Assembly: GCA_026395295.1 (NCBI GenBank)
Contig: JAPLYZ010000011.1
Span: forward strand, 1 to 63,816
Origin: Candidatus Staskawiczbacteria bacterium
GTDB lineage: Bacteria; Patescibacteriota; Minisyncoccia; Minisyncoccales; Staskawiczbacteraceae
DNA: 63,816 nucleotides
Direction of reading: 5' to 3'
In this document: one piece after another, positions 19,545-30,060 of the stretch
Layout of the letters: the number at the start of each line of letters is the position of its first letter
How positions within the stretch are numbered: position 1 is the first letter of the stretch
The notes under the pieces: model-generated
What the model saw: only the letters and a program-made list of their open reading frames with translations
What the model was told of the DNA's origin: nothing
Databases searched by the model: none
Translations under genes and position numbers: made by a program

Positions 19545-21527
19545 ATGTCGCTAATTTATTTTCCGATAATTGTATCGCTTTTTGCAATTGCGTTTGTGTG
19601 GTTTCTGGTTTTGCAAATTAGAAAAGCGCCAGTTGCCTCGGGCAAGGCTATTGCAATTACAGCCGCAGTGCAAGAAGGCGCAATGTCTTACTTAAAAAGA
19701 CAGTATTTAACAATTAGCATTGTAGGTTTAGTTTTGTTTGTTTTGTTATTTTTCATGGGGTGGAAAATTGCCATCGGATTTTTAATTGGCGCAGTTTTGT
19801 CCGGAGTTTCCGGATTTATTGGAATGATTGTTTCCACTCAGGCAAATACAAGGGTGGCTGAAGCAGCTAAAAAAGGCTTGGCAAAAGCTTTAGACATTTC
19901 TTTCAAGGGAGGGTTGATTACAGGCTTAATGGTTGTAAGCTTGGGGCTTTTGGCAGTTTCAGGATATTATTTTCTAACAAAAGATATCCAGGGTTTAATT
20001 GGTTTGGGTTTTGGAGCTTCGTTAATTTCTGTTTTTGCTCGCGTAGGCGGTGGAATTTACACAAAAGCCGCTGACGTGGGCGCTGACCTGGTTGGAAAAG
20101 TGGAAAAAGGAATTCCCGAAGACGACCCAAGAAATCCTGCGGTTATTGCTGACCAAGTTGGCGACAATGTGGGAGACTGTGCCGGCATGGCAGCTGACAT
20201 TTTTGAAACTTACGCTGTTACAACGGTTGCCACAATGATTTTGGGAAGTATTTTATTTCCTGCCAGTCCGCAATTTGTTTTATTGCCATTGGTGTTGGGC
20301 GCGGTTTCAATTTTAGCCTCAATTGTTGGAAGCTTTTTTGTCCGCCTGGGAAAGAAGCAATCAATTATGGGTTCTATGTATAAAGGAGTTGCCGCCACGG
20401 TTATTCTGTCAGCCATTGCATTCTATCCGATAATTATAAAAATGATGGAGGGTCATACTAAATCAGCCAGCAATTTATATTTTTCAACATTGGTTGGCTT
20501 GGTAATTGCCGCGGGAATGTTTGTCATTACAGAATGGTACACTTCAAAAGATTACAGCCCGGTAAAATCAATTGCCAAGGCGTCAGAAACAGGGCACGCA
20601 ACAAATATAATCCGCGGAATAGGACTTGGAATGCAGTCAACCGCTTACCCTGTTTTGTTGATTGCTTTTGGAACAATTTTGAGCTTCTGGTTGGCCGGAA
20701 TTTATGGAGTAGCGCTGGCTGTTATGGCAATGCTTTCAATTTCCGGAATTGTTGTTGGAGTTGATGCTTATGGCCCAATTACAGACAACGCCGGAGGAAT
20801 TGCCGAAATGTCTGGGATGCCAGAAGACGTCAGAAAAATTACCGATGCTTTGGACGCAGTTGGAAATACAACAAAAGCAGTTACAAAGGGATACGCCATT
20901 GCTTCGGCCGGATTGGCTGCATTGGTTTTATTCTCGGCTTACTCGGAAAAAGTTATTGGCAACGGCACATCAAACTTTTCTTTAACAAATCCTCAAGTTA
21001 TTGCAGGGCTTTTAATTGGCGGACTTTTGCCATATTTGTTTGCTTCATTCTTGATGGGAGCTGTTGGAAAAACAGCCGGAAAAGTTGTTGAGGAAGTTCG
21101 CAGGCAATTTAAACAAATTGCAGGCTTAATGGAGGGCACAGCAAAACCAGAATATGGAAAATGCGTTGATATTGTTACAAAAGCCGCGTTGAAAGAAATG
21201 ATGATTCCGGCATTGCTTCCGATTGTGGCTCCAATTTTGGTCGGATTTATTTTAGGCCCTCAAGCTCTTGGAGGACTTTTAATTGGCTCAATTGTTACAG
21301 GATTGTTTGTTGGAATTTCAATGACAACCGGAGGCGCTGCCTGGGACAATGCCAAAAAATACATTGAAGGCGGAGCTTATGGAGGCAAAGGAAGCTTTGC
21401 CCACCAAGCCGCAGTTACCGGCGACACAGTTGGCGACCCCTACAAAGACACTGCAGGTCCTGCAATCAACCCAATGATTAAAGTGTTAAACATCGTCGCC
21501 TTATTGATTGTAGCTTTCCTAGTTTAG
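19545..21527 (+). CDS. hppA: Membrane-integral pyrophosphatase, K+-independent type
   Basis: [40 protein letters not shown] (Lys), [10 protein letters not shown]. Confidence 0.95.
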   Translation: MSLIYFPIIVSLFAIAFVWFLVLQIRKAPVASGKAIAITAAVQEGAMSYLKRQYLTISIVGLVLFVLLFFMGWKIAIGFLIGAVLSGVSGFIGMIVSTQANTRVAEAAKKGLAKALDISFKGGLITGLMVVSLGLLAVSGYYFLTKDIQGLIGLGFGASLISVFARVGGGIYTKAADVGADLVGKVEKGIPEDDPRNPAVIADQVGDNVGDCAGMAADIFETYAVTTVATMILGSILFPASPQFVLLPLVLGAVSILASIVGSFFVRLGKKQSIMGSMYKGVAATVILSAIAFYPIIIKMMEGHTKSASNLYFSTLVGLVIAAGMFVITEWYTSKDYSPVKSIAKASETGHATNIIRGIGLGMQSTAYPVLLIAFGTILSFWLAGIYGVALAVMAMLSISGIVVGVDAYGPITDNAGGIAEMSGMPEDVRKITDALDAVGNTTKAVTKGYAIASAGLAALVLFSAYSEKVIGNGTSNFSLTNPQVIAGLLIGGLLPYLFASFLMGAVGKTAGKVVEEVRRQFKQIAGLMEGTAKPEYGKCVDIVTKAALKEMMIPALLPIVAPILVGFILGPQALGGLLIGSIVTGLFVGISMTTGGAAWDNAKKYIEGGAYGGKGSFAHQAAVTGDTVGDPYKDTAGPAINPMIKVLNIVALLIVAFLV

Positions 21528-21529
21528 TT

Positions 21530-21568
21530 GTCATTCCCCGACCCAAAGGGGTACCCCGCGGGAATCCA
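21530..21568 (+). repeat. GTCATTCCC...GGGAATCCA palindrome with nested GACCC/GGGTACCCC unit
   Basis: GTCATTCCCC-GACCCAAAGGGGTACCCC-GCGGGAATCCA. Confidence 0.65.
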
Positions 21569-21705
21569 TAAAAGTTTTCTGAGGGTCAAATGGAAGAAAT
21601 GACCCTCAAGGAAAAAAACCGCCCTTGCATTTCTTGCCTGGGCGGTTTTCGTTTGACTTTTTGCTAAAACAGCGTCAAAGTTAAGTAATAATTAGTAAAA
21701 AATAG

Positions 21706-21855
21706 ATTTATGGACGGGGGATGAACTTGTCTGACAGAACAAAGAGAAAAGATGAATGGTAAGTTTTTTGGCTCGAGCCAAAAAACTTACTAAACACTAA
21801 ACTAGGTACTAAAATAAATTAGTCAGGTTAACCGTGGTTAACCTGACTAATTTAT
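21706..21855. repeat. ~140-150-bp direct repeat with two long palindromes, copy 1
   Basis: 32-bp perfect palindrome at 21759-21790; palindrome with 20-bp arms at 21814-21855. Confidence 0.85.
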
Positions 21856-21895
21856 GGAGGAAGATTGAGAAGTAATTAACGCGGGCGAATAATGA

Positions 21896-21980
21896 GTTCA
21901 GCGTAAATTAGACCTAAATGTATAAATATGCCCTTAGTCTAATTTCCGAAGCAAGTCTGCTCGCCTCGCTCGCAGACCCG
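21896..21980 (+). repeat. 85-bp structured repeat, copy 1
   Basis: GTTCAGCG-stem-loop-CGAAGCAAGTCTGCTCGCCTCGCTCGCAGACCCG; inverted copy at 30579-30663. Confidence 0.8.
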
Positions 21981-21992
21981 AAAAATAAAATT

Positions 21993-22478
21993 ATGAAAAA
22001 AGAAGGACATAAGGAAAGGCACAGGGAGGTTCCGGCGGGGTATGCCCTGTTGATAAAAGAAAACAAAATTTTGTTGCAAAGAAGGTTTAATACCGGTTAT
22101 ATGGATGGAAAATATAGCTTGCCTGCCGGGCACGTTGACGAGGGTGAATCTTTTATGCAATGCGCAATAAGGGAGGTAAAAGAAGAAATTGGCATTGATT
22201 TGAAACCCGAAGATTTAAAATTTGCGCACGCAATGCACAGGCTTTCTGACCCTGAATGGAAAGATTTACGCTACAGGATTGATGTATTTTTTGTTGTTGA
22301 AAAATGGAGTGGAGAGCCGAAAATAATGGAGCCTGAAAAAAGCGATGATTTGTCGTGGTTTGATTTGGATAATTTACCCGAGAATACAATTCCCTACATA
22401 AAATACGTGCTTGAACGCATAAAGAATAAAGAATTTTATAGCGAGTTTGGCTGGGAACAAAACGAATCAACTAAATAA
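21993..22478 (+). CDS. NUDIX hydrolase
   Basis: [25 protein letters not shown]; the upstream ATG at 21918 lies inside a repeat. Confidence 0.9.
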   Translation: MKKEGHKERHREVPAGYALLIKENKILLQRRFNTGYMDGKYSLPAGHVDEGESFMQCAIREVKEEIGIDLKPEDLKFAHAMHRLSDPEWKDLRYRIDVFFVVEKWSGEPKIMEPEKSDDLSWFDLDNLPENTIPYIKYVLERIKNKEFYSEFGWEQNESTK

Positions 22479-22485
22479 GAAATAA

Positions 22486-22626
22486 ATTTATGGGCGAGGG
22501 GATAAGCTTGTATGGTAAAACAAAGGGAAAAGATGAATAGTAAGTTTTTTGGCTCGAGCCAAAAAACTTACTAAACGCTAAACTAGGTACTAAAACAAAT
22601 CAGCTAGGTTGTCGTACGACAACCTA
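22486..22626. repeat. ~140-bp direct repeat with two long palindromes, copy 2
   Basis: 36-bp perfect palindrome at 22538-22573; TAGGTTGTCGTACGACAACCTA at 22605-22626. Confidence 0.85.
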
Positions 22627-22644
22627 AAGGTAAAAAATAAGATT

Positions 22645-23232
22645 ATGATATTTGAGCACTGGTTGGTAATTTTAAGCGCGATTATAAGCATCTCGGGTTC
22701 GTCTGTTTATATTTTTGACACCCTTAAAGGAAAAACAAAGCCAAACCGCGTCAGCTGGTTTATGTGGGCAATTGCTCCGCTTATTGCCACTGGAGCCGCC
22801 TTATATGCCAGCGCAGATATTTGGGTTACGGTTAGAACTTTTCTGGCAGGATTCATGCCTTTGATTATTTTGACTTGTTCGTTTGTAAATAAGCAAAGTT
22901 ATTGGAAATTGACCAAGCTTGACATGGCGTGTGGCGCCTGCTCTCTTCTGGCTCTTATAGTTTGGTTTTTCGCGAATTCCCCGACAATGGCCATACTTTT
23001 GCTTGCTGTCGGCGATGGTTTAGCAGCATTGCCAACAATTTTCAAAGTGTGGAAACATCCAGAGACAGAAACTGGTTTAACTTTCTTAATGGCACTTTTA
23101 GCAACCGTGATAATTTTTCCATCAATTCCGGTTTGGAATATACAAAACTCCGCTTTTCAAATTTACCTTTTTGTTGTGAATATATTTATCGTTTTTTCAA
23201 TATATAGAAAACAATTATTTTTTAAGAAATAA
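22645..23232 (+). CDS. Multi-pass membrane hypothetical protein (PQ-loop-like)
   Basis: TKPNRVSWFMW, LPTIFKVWKHPETE; about 7 hydrophobic segments. Confidence 0.65.
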   Translation: MIFEHWLVILSAIISISGSSVYIFDTLKGKTKPNRVSWFMWAIAPLIATGAALYASADIWVTVRTFLAGFMPLIILTCSFVNKQSYWKLTKLDMACGACSLLALIVWFFANSPTMAILLLAVGDGLAALPTIFKVWKHPETETGLTFLMALLATVIIFPSIPVWNIQNSAFQIYLFVVNIFIVFSIYRKQLFFKK

Positions 23233-23235
23233 ATT

Positions 23236-23673
23236 ATGAAAAAAGATGCATTGTTTTGCGTAGGTCAAAAAGCTTTTATTGAAAAAGATGGAAAAGTTTT
23301 GGTTCTTGCTGACCATCCGTCGGGAAGAGTCGATTTTCCCGGTGGAAAAATACAGGAGGGCGAGGCTAAGGAAGATAGGTCAGTCAGCTTGATTAACGCC
23401 CTTAAAAGAGAGGTTGCAGAAGAAACAAGCCTTGAAATAGAGGTTTTGGACCCATTTGCCGTGTGGTATCACGAGTTTACTAAAGAAGAGAGAAATTTTG
23501 GAAAAGTGGTTTATTTGGTGGCTTTTAAGTGCAAGTATGTTTCCGGTGATGTAAAATTAAGCAACGAGCATGACAGTTTTAAATGGGTTGATAAAAATAA
23601 CTATAAAGAAGTTGACGATGGGAGCGATTATTTTAATGTATTGGAAAAATATTTTTTATCTCAAGAAGCGTAA
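23236..23673 (+). CDS. NUDIX hydrolase
   Basis: DFPGGKIQEGE...ALKREVAEETSL; LSNEH. Confidence 0.88.
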   Translation: MKKDALFCVGQKAFIEKDGKVLVLADHPSGRVDFPGGKIQEGEAKEDRSVSLINALKREVAEETSLEIEVLDPFAVWYHEFTKEERNFGKVVYLVAFKCKYVSGDVKLSNEHDSFKWVDKNNYKEVDDGSDYFNVLEKYFLSQEA

Positions 23674-23695
23674 TAAATAGTTAAATAGAAAAATT

Positions 23696-24262
23696 ATGGA
23701 TAAATTTATTTTGTTCGCGCAACCTTGGTGGGTCAACATTTTTGCCATTACACCGTTTTTGGCATATTATTTGTGGCATAAAAAGAAACTCAACATACCG
23801 AAATCAATTCTTGTTTATGTGGCTATATTTGGGGTGGCATTTGGATTTGTTGAGGCTTCGGTAGTGGTTTATCTGCGCACCGCCATAGGTTTGATTTTGG
23901 GAAAAGGGGTGCTGGCTTTGGGCGCATACCAGCAGGCGCAAATACTAAGCGCGCTTCCTTCAAACTTGTGGGCAATAGAATTTTTCAGAGAGGCGACCAC
24001 GCTTGTTATGCTGATGGCTGTAGCGCTGATTGCCTCTAAAATAACTCGGGAACGCTGGGCGATGTTTTTGTGGGCAGGCGCTTTTTGGGACACTTTTTAC
24101 TATATATTTTTGTTTATTACAATCCAGTGGCCGTCGTCTTTACTGAGTCCGGATGTGCTTTTCTTAATACCAGTGCCGTGGTTCTCCCAAGTCTGGTACC
24201 CTATATTAATAAGTTTGTTAACCATTTCATGTGTATTAGCATCAAACAAAACTAAAAAATAA
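23696..24262 (+). CDS. Membrane hypothetical protein
   Basis: Hydrophobic; EASVVVYLR, REATT, WDTFYY, DVLFLIPVPW. Confidence 0.7.
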   Translation: MDKFILFAQPWWVNIFAITPFLAYYLWHKKKLNIPKSILVYVAIFGVAFGFVEASVVVYLRTAIGLILGKGVLALGAYQQAQILSALPSNLWAIEFFREATTLVMLMAVALIASKITRERWAMFLWAGAFWDTFYYIFLFITIQWPSSLLSPDVLFLIPVPWFSQVWYPILISLLTISCVLASNKTKK

Positions 24263-24389
24263 TTTTATGAAGCGGGCAAGCGTCCGCTTTTTGGTTGCGC
24301 CATTGACAAAATTTATTATTGGATTAATATAAAAACAAGATAAAAATGGGGGCAGGTAACCTGCTCTTTTACAAAGAAAGAGGTGAAAA

Positions 24390-24689
24390 ATGAAACAGAT
24401 GGAAATTGATCCGAATACGCCCAATCAAGGATCGCTTTTGCTTGAGCAAGTGCTTAGCGGGCTTTTTGTCACATTCTTGGCGCGCGGTCAGCAGTTGTTC
24501 TTTATTTCCCGCATTGGCGGGTTGCAGGGAGCTTTCCCTGTTTTACAGGACGGGACAGTTTGTAGCGAAACTTATTTAGGCAATACGCTTGACCCCGTTA
24601 AGGTTTACCTTGGCAAAGATATTCCCGGGCTGAAACTAATCGATGGCGCGAGAATTACATGGGACGAAAGTGGCGTGAAGCCCGAATAG
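24390..24689 (+). CDS. Hypothetical protein
   Basis: GAGGTG Shine-Dalgarno upstream, TTGACA at 24303, terminator-like hairpin downstream. Confidence 0.6.
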   Translation: MKQMEIDPNTPNQGSLLLEQVLSGLFVTFLARGQQLFFISRIGGLQGAFPVLQDGTVCSETYLGNTLDPVKVYLGKDIPGLKLIDGARITWDESGVKPE

Positions 24690-24816
24690 GGGCATAATTC
24701 GCGCAGAACCCAAAGATTGTAGCAATCTGCGGGTTTTTTTATTATGTTAAGCGCGCAAAGCATTGATTTGTTGAAAAAAAAATGTTAAATTATATAATTA
24801 TTATTAAAAAATATTT

Positions 24817-26091
24817 ATGGAAATAAAACAAAAGAAGTTGCCGAAGTCGCAGTTAGAAATAACATTTGAGTTGACAGCCGAGGAGTTTAAGGAGCATGCC
24901 GAACATGCTTTAGGGCACTTAAAACATCACGTGAAAGTTGATGGTTTTAGGCCGGGAAAGGCTCCGGCAAAAATGGTTGAAGATAAGATAAAACCGGAAG
25001 TTTTACTTATGGAGGCCGGCGACCACGCAGTTCAGCATGTTTATGTTGATTATATCAAGCAGAGTAAATTGGAAGCGGTTGGAAACCCCGAGGTAAAAAT
25101 TTTGAAAATAGCCAATGGTTCTCCATTTTCTTTTACAGCAACCATTACAGTGTTGCCCGATGTTGAGTTGCCCGATTATAAAGAGATTGCTAAGAAAGTG
25201 AAAGGGAAAGAAATTTCGGTGACCGAGGAAGAAATCCAGGATTCTATAAATTACATGCAAAAAACCAGGGCTAAGTTTACTTTGAAAAATGCTCCGGCAG
25301 AGAAAAAGGATTTTGTTGAAATTAAATATAACAACCCGGACATAAACAACGGAAAAGAGGTTGAAGACAAATTTATCTTAGGCGAGGGAGGCTTCTTGAA
25401 GGGGTTTGAAGATGGAGTTGTTGGCATGAAATCTGGCGACGAAAAAGAGGTTAAGGCCATTTTTCCGGAAAATTCGCCTATGAAAAATTTGGCAGGCAAG
25501 GAAAGCATTTTTAAGGTAAAAATGATATCTGTCCAAAAAATGGAACTGCCGGAAATCAACGACGAGTTCGCTAAACAGTTGGGCGCGTTTGATACGCTGG
25601 TTGCCTTGAAAACAAGCATGAAAGAAGGCATTGCAATGGAAAAAACAGAACAGGAAAAACAAAGAAAGCGAGGCGAGATTTTGGAAAAAATTGCCGAAAA
25701 AGCCAAATTTGAAATGCCCGAAGCCATGGTGGAATATGAAAAACAAAGATTTCTGGAAGATTTGAAAAACAGGATCACGCAGAGCATTAAAATTACATTT
25801 GAGGATTATTTGGCTTCGGTGAAAAAGACAGAGGCTGAAATAAAAGAAACCTACCAAAAAGAGGCTGAAAAAAGGCTAAGAGGGTTTTTGGTTTTAAGAG
25901 AGCTTGGAAAGAAGGAAAATGTTGAAGTTTCCGACAAAGAAGTTGAAGAAGAGGTGGCAAAGGCGCTAAAAGGGAAAACCCTTCGGCAAGCTCAGGGCGA
26001 AATTGACATAGATCAATTTCGAGAGTATACTAAGGGTGTGATGTATAATGAAAAGATTTTCCAGCTTCTGGAAAATTTATCACAAAATTAA
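24817..26091 (+). CDS. tig: Trigger factor
   Basis: VDGFRPGKAP signature, FKBP-like domain; located upstream of clpP. Confidence 0.95.
   Translation: MEIKQKKLPKSQLEITFELTAEEFKEHAEHALGHLKHHVKVDGFRPGKAPAKMVEDKIKPEVLLMEAGDHAVQHVYVDYIKQSKLEAVGNPEVKILKIANGSPFSFTATITVLPDVELPDYKEIAKKVKGKEISVTEEEIQDSINYMQKTRAKFTLKNAPAEKKDFVEIKYNNPDINNGKEVEDKFILGEGGFLKGFEDGVVGMKSGDEKEVKAIFPENSPMKNLAGKESIFKVKMISVQKMELPEINDEFAKQLGAFDTLVALKTSMKEGIAMEKTEQEKQRKRGEILEKIAEKAKFEMPEAMVEYEKQRFLEDLKNRITQSIKITFEDYLASVKKTEAEIKETYQKEAEKRLRGFLVLRELGKKENVEVSDKEVEEEVAKALKGKTLRQAQGEIDIDQFREYTKGVMYNEKIFQLLENLSQN
25979..25998 (+). repeat. Family B palindrome, in-frame in tig (LRQAQG)
   Basis: CCCTTCGGCAAGCTCAGGGC. Confidence 0.8.
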
Positions 26092-26110
26092 TTATTAAAA
26101 ATAACAAAGG

Positions 26111-26692
26111 ATGCCAATAGTACCAACTATTGTAGAAAGAAGTCAGCGCGGTGAGCGCGCATACGATATATTTTCAAGGCTTTTAGAAGAGCGCATTATT
26201 TTTCTTGCGGGTCCCGTCACAGATATGAATGCAAACGTGGTTATTGCCCAGATGCTTTATTTAGCATCAAAAGACTCAAAAAGAGACATAAAGCTTTACA
26301 TAAACAGCCCAGGAGGTTCGGTTACAGCGGGTTTGGCGATTTACGACACAATGCAGTTTCTGAAATGCCCTGTTTCCACCATTTGCATAGGCCTAACAGC
26401 TTCAATGGCAGCAGTTATTTTGGCGGCAGGCACTAAAGGGAAAAGGTTTTCCCTGCCTAATGCTGAAATACTTCTGCACCAAGTTGCCGGAGGCATGCAG
26501 GGTCAAGCAGCAGACATTGAGATTACAGCAAAACAGATTCTGCATATGAAGGAAAAGTTAAATAAAATTATCGCGTCTCATACAGGACAGCCTTTAGCTA
26601 AGGTGGAGAAAGAAACCGACCGAGATTTTTATTTGACCGCCGAAGAAGCCAAAAAATACGGGTTGATTGACGAAGTAATCGGAGGTAAATAA
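26111..26692 (+). CDS. clpP: ClpP protease subunit
   Basis: [29 protein letters not shown]. Confidence 0.97.
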   Translation: MPIVPTIVERSQRGERAYDIFSRLLEERIIFLAGPVTDMNANVVIAQMLYLASKDSKRDIKLYINSPGGSVTAGLAIYDTMQFLKCPVSTICIGLTASMAAVILAAGTKGKRFSLPNAEILLHQVAGGMQGQAADIEITAKQILHMKEKLNKIIASHTGQPLAKVEKETDRDFYLTAEEAKKYGLIDEVIGGK

Positions 26693-26775
26693 CCTGTAAC
26701 CAGCGAAAAGAAAATGTATTTTATGCACACTCACTGAGCAAGTGAGTTGTTTTATTAAAATTAAATATAAAATTT

Positions 26776-28308
26776 ATGGAACAAATGATTATTTATATTA
26801 TACTCGGCGCAGTGTCCCTTATTTTAGGTTCTATTTTGGGATATTACATCAGGCAAGGACTGGCGAAAAGAAGAGCCGGCACTCTTGAGGCAAAATTACA
26901 GAAAAGAGTTATTGATGTTAAAGAGGAAACCAGTCAAATGGTAAAATCAGCAGAGAAAAGATCTACTGATATCATAGAAAGGGCGCAGAAGGATGTTGAT
27001 GAAAGAAGAAGGGAATTTTTGAAAGCTCAGCAGCTTTTGTTAAACAGAGAAAGCCTGCTGGCTGACAGAATTACTTCTTTTGAAGAAAAAGAAAAAGAAC
27101 TTCAAAGCAAAGGAGAAAAGTTAAAAACCATAAAAGAGAGTTTAGAGCAGTTGAGGCTTGAGGCAGAAGGTAAACTGGAAAAAGTTGCCTCTCTTTCCCG
27201 AGAAGACGCCAAAAAAGAATTGTTGGCGTTAGTTGAGATAGAAAAAGAAAAAGAAATTTTGGAAAGAATGAGGAAGTTAGAGCAGGGAAACCAGGAAAAG
27301 TTGCAATTAAGGGCAAAAGAAATTGTAGCTTTGGCAATTCAGAAATGCGCGGTTCCTCAAACGCAGGAGCTCACAACAACAACTGTGATTTTGGCCAACG
27401 AAGAGTTAAAGGGCAGAATTATCGGCAAGGAAGGCAGGAACATTCGGGCGTTTGAAAAATTGACCGGCGTAGAGCTGATTGTAGACGAAACCCCGGAGTC
27501 GGTTGTCATTTCCGGATTTAACCCTATTAGAAGGCAAATTGCCAAGGTAGCTTTAGATAAATTGATCGCCGACGGCAGAATTCAGCCGGCAAAAATTGAG
27601 GAAAAGGTTGAGGAAGCCAAAGCTGAAATTTCAGCCAAGATAAAAGAAGCAGGAGAAAAAGCAGCTTATGATGTGGGAGTTATCGGGTTGAACGAAAAAC
27701 TGATTCAAATTCTTGGCAGATTGTATTACAGAACTAGCTATGGCCAGAATGTTTTGTTGCATTCAATGGAAGTGGCTTTAATTTCAGAAACAATTGCCGA
27801 GGAATTGGGCGGAAACAGCGCCACAGCCAAAAGAGCCGGGCTTTTGCACGACATTGGAAAAGCCATTGACCAGCAAATTCAGGGCTCGCATATTGAAATT
27901 GGAATTAAAATTTTAGAGAAATTCGGCGAGTCTGAGGCTGTTATAAAAGCAATGCGCGCTCACCACGGCGATTACCCTGTTGAGTCGTTGGAAGCCACAA
28001 TTGTCACTGTGGCTGATGCAATTTCCAGTTCAAGGCCAGGCGCCAGAAAAGATACTTTGGAAAATTACTTGCAAAGATTAAAAGATTTAGAAGACATTGC
28101 CAATAAATTTGAAGGCGTTGAGAAAACTTATGCCATTCAGGCAGGCAGGGAAATTCGCGTCTTTGTAAAGTCAGACAGAGTTGACGATTTGGGCGCTCAA
28201 AAAATAGCCAAACAAATCGCCGCAGAAATTGAGGAAGAATTAAAATACCCGGGCGAAATTAAAGTAGTTGTCATCCGCGAGAACCGCGTCATTGAGTATG
28301 CCCGCTAA
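26776..28308 (+). CDS. rny: Ribonuclease Y
   Basis: N-terminal TM, KGRIIGKEGRNIR (KH), LLHDIGK (HD), AIQAGRE. Confidence 0.96.
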   Translation: MEQMIIYIILGAVSLILGSILGYYIRQGLAKRRAGTLEAKLQKRVIDVKEETSQMVKSAEKRSTDIIERAQKDVDERRREFLKAQQLLLNRESLLADRITSFEEKEKELQSKGEKLKTIKESLEQLRLEAEGKLEKVASLSREDAKKELLALVEIEKEKEILERMRKLEQGNQEKLQLRAKEIVALAIQKCAVPQTQELTTTTVILANEELKGRIIGKEGRNIRAFEKLTGVELIVDETPESVVISGFNPIRRQIAKVALDKLIADGRIQPAKIEEKVEEAKAEISAKIKEAGEKAAYDVGVIGLNEKLIQILGRLYYRTSYGQNVLLHSMEVALISETIAEELGGNSATAKRAGLLHDIGKAIDQQIQGSHIEIGIKILEKFGESEAVIKAMRAHHGDYPVESLEATIVTVADAISSSRPGARKDTLENYLQRLKDLEDIANKFEGVEKTYAIQAGREIRVFVKSDRVDDLGAQKIAKQIAAEIEEELKYPGEIKVVVIRENRVIEYAR

Positions 28309-28312
28309 TCTC

Positions 28313-28428
28313 TTCGCTCGGAAAATGATTTTCTGCTAACGCTCGTGTCCCTCGGGCTTCGCCCTCGGGAAACTCGCTTCGACAGGCGCTTCGCGTCCTG
28401 TAATACGCTGAAAATCATTTTCCTCGCT
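28313..28428. repeat. ~116-bp multi-hairpin repeat, copy 2 (after rny)
   Basis: Matches 17942-18049 except one substitution and a symmetric 4+4-nt extension of one hairpin. Confidence 0.85.
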
Positions 28429-28545
28429 TCTCTAAAGTTTATTGCCTCGCTTCATTGCTGTGCGAAATTGCCTTGCGAGGTGCGCTACAAATCTTTTTCT
28501 TCACCTTTAAAATTCATTTCCTCACTCTGGAGACTTATTCTCGCT

Positions 28546-28586
28546 CACTAAAAAACCGACCGATTCTCTCGGTCGGTTTTTTAGTG
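28546..28586. terminator. Bidirectional intrinsic terminator
   Basis: CACTAAAAAACCGACCGA-ttctc-TCGGTCGGTTTTTTAGTG between convergent genes. Confidence 0.8.
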
Positions 28587-28602
28587 TTAGTCGTTATTCG
28601 TT

Positions 28603-29292
28603 TTATTTTTTTTGTGCTATTTTTGCTTGATTGATGAAAGCGTAATTAATACCCGCCCTTTGGAGTATCTTGTTTTTATGAATGCCTTTTCCGTGGTCAG
28701 AGCCCATAACAACTACGATTGGCTTTTTAGATTTTTTTTGATATTCAATGATTGTATCTGCCATTTTTTTATCTCTAAAAGCTATTATCTCTGGTGAGAA
28801 GTTAGTCAGTTCCTCTACGCCCTTGTTCGGAAAGAAAGCCTTTACATTTTCATCGTAATGAAATCTATTGGGGTTACGCTCACAGACTTTATCAATAACT
28901 AAATTGGTTTCTGTTTCTGTTAAATCGCACCCTATAATTTCAAAACCCATTTCATCGGCAGCGGTAATAATTTTGTCCGCGGGTTTTTGAGGTCTCTCTT
29001 CGCTCCCAATGATTCTGTTTTCTTGTCTAGTGCATTTTTTTGTCTCTGGGTTATAAATCCATCCCGTCAAAAATTCATGTAAAACATATTTTGGCTTAAT
29101 TAATTTTATTAATTCAATCTGTTTCGCTTGTAGCGCTTCATTATTGTGTCCTTCACCCAAAATTATAACTGAAAAATTATCACCATGTTTTTCTACGCGA
29201 TAACCTTTGGTATTCCATTGGTCAACTTGTTCGATGGCAACCGTTTCTTGTTCGGATATTTCTTCTTGTGAATGCTCAAAATATTCTGGCAT
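28603..29292 (-). CDS. Hypothetical protein (TIKI/ChaN-like motifs)
   Basis: ILGEGH, VLHE, RDKKMA, VVMGSDH. Confidence 0.55.
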   Translation of the reverse strand: MPEYFEHSQEEISEQETVAIEQVDQWNTKGYRVEKHGDNFSVIILGEGHNNEALQAKQIELIKLIKPKYVLHEFLTGWIYNPETKKCTRQENRIIGSEERPQKPADKIITAADEMGFEIIGCDLTETETNLVIDKVCERNPNRFHYDENVKAFFPNKGVEELTNFSPEIIAFRDKKMADTIIEYQKKSKKPIVVVMGSDHGKGIHKNKILQRAGINYAFINQAKIAQKK

Positions 29293-29303
29293 AAGTAATA
29301 ATT

Positions 29304-30035
29304 TTAGATAAAGCGGGTGATGGTAAAAATAAATAATGTGCCGAGGATGGTAAGACCCATTAACCGGTAAGAGCTTTGTTTTGAGTGGGCTTCTGGCAAA
29401 ATATCGCTGGCGCCAATGTAGAGCAAAAATCCTGCGAAAAAACCCAGATACAAAACTAAAAATTTAGCAGGAACATGGAAGAATAAGGTGGAAATAGCTC
29501 CTAACACGGGCGTAATGGCAACCAGAAGCAGTAATAGCTTAGATTTTTTGTCCGTGTTCCTGTTCGCAAGCATAAGGCTTACGGTGTTCATCCCGTCGGT
29601 AAAATCATGAGAGATAACAGCAATGGCAACCAGCAATCCAACAGTTGGGTTTACTTGGAAGCCAAGCCCAATGCCAACTCCATCCATAAAACTGTGTCCG
29701 GCAAGAGCAAGGGCAGAGGCAATTCCAATGTTTGGGTGTTTGTGGTGGGTGAAACACTCTTCGTCGTGGCAGTGCTGTATTAGAATGCTTTTTTCCAAAA
29801 TGTGGAAGAGTAAAAACCCTGCCACCAAAGCAATCATAACCTCAACGGAATTAAAGTTGTAAATGTTAACTTGCCTGATTATTTCTGGGAAAATATCAAA
29901 GGCCACAACCCCAAGCAGAACGCCGGCGGCAAAAGCCATAATATAGTGGAGCTTGTCTTTGAATTTAATAGCAAAAAGCCCTCCAAGAAAGGTGGAAACA
30001 AATGTTGCTATTGATAACAGAATTACAGCGACCAT
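29304..30035 (-). CDS. ZIP family metal transporter
   Basis: HSFMDG, SHDFTDG, His-rich loop, DILPEAH. Confidence 0.9.
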   Translation of the reverse strand: MVAVILLSIATFVSTFLGGLFAIKFKDKLHYIMAFAAGVLLGVVAFDIFPEIIRQVNIYNFNSVEVMIALVAGFLLFHILEKSILIQHCHDEECFTHHKHPNIGIASALALAGHSFMDGVGIGLGFQVNPTVGLLVAIAVISHDFTDGMNTVSLMLANRNTDKKSKLLLLLVAITPVLGAISTLFFHVPAKFLVLYLGFFAGFLLYIGASDILPEAHSKQSSYRLMGLTILGTLFIFTITRFI

Positions 30036-30060
30036 ATTAATTAATTATAACAGAAAATGG

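Noticed and set aside
21918..21992. N-terminal extensions given by the ORF track (also at 763, 1922, 11244, 16882, 22609, 48826, 63011)
   Set aside because: The extensions run through repeats, tRNAs or neighbouring genes; downstream ATGs fit the family starts.
21706..22626. CRISPR array or classical integron
   Set aside because: Only two long repeats 780 bp apart, no regular spacers, no cas or intI gene, and no clear attC R/L boxes.
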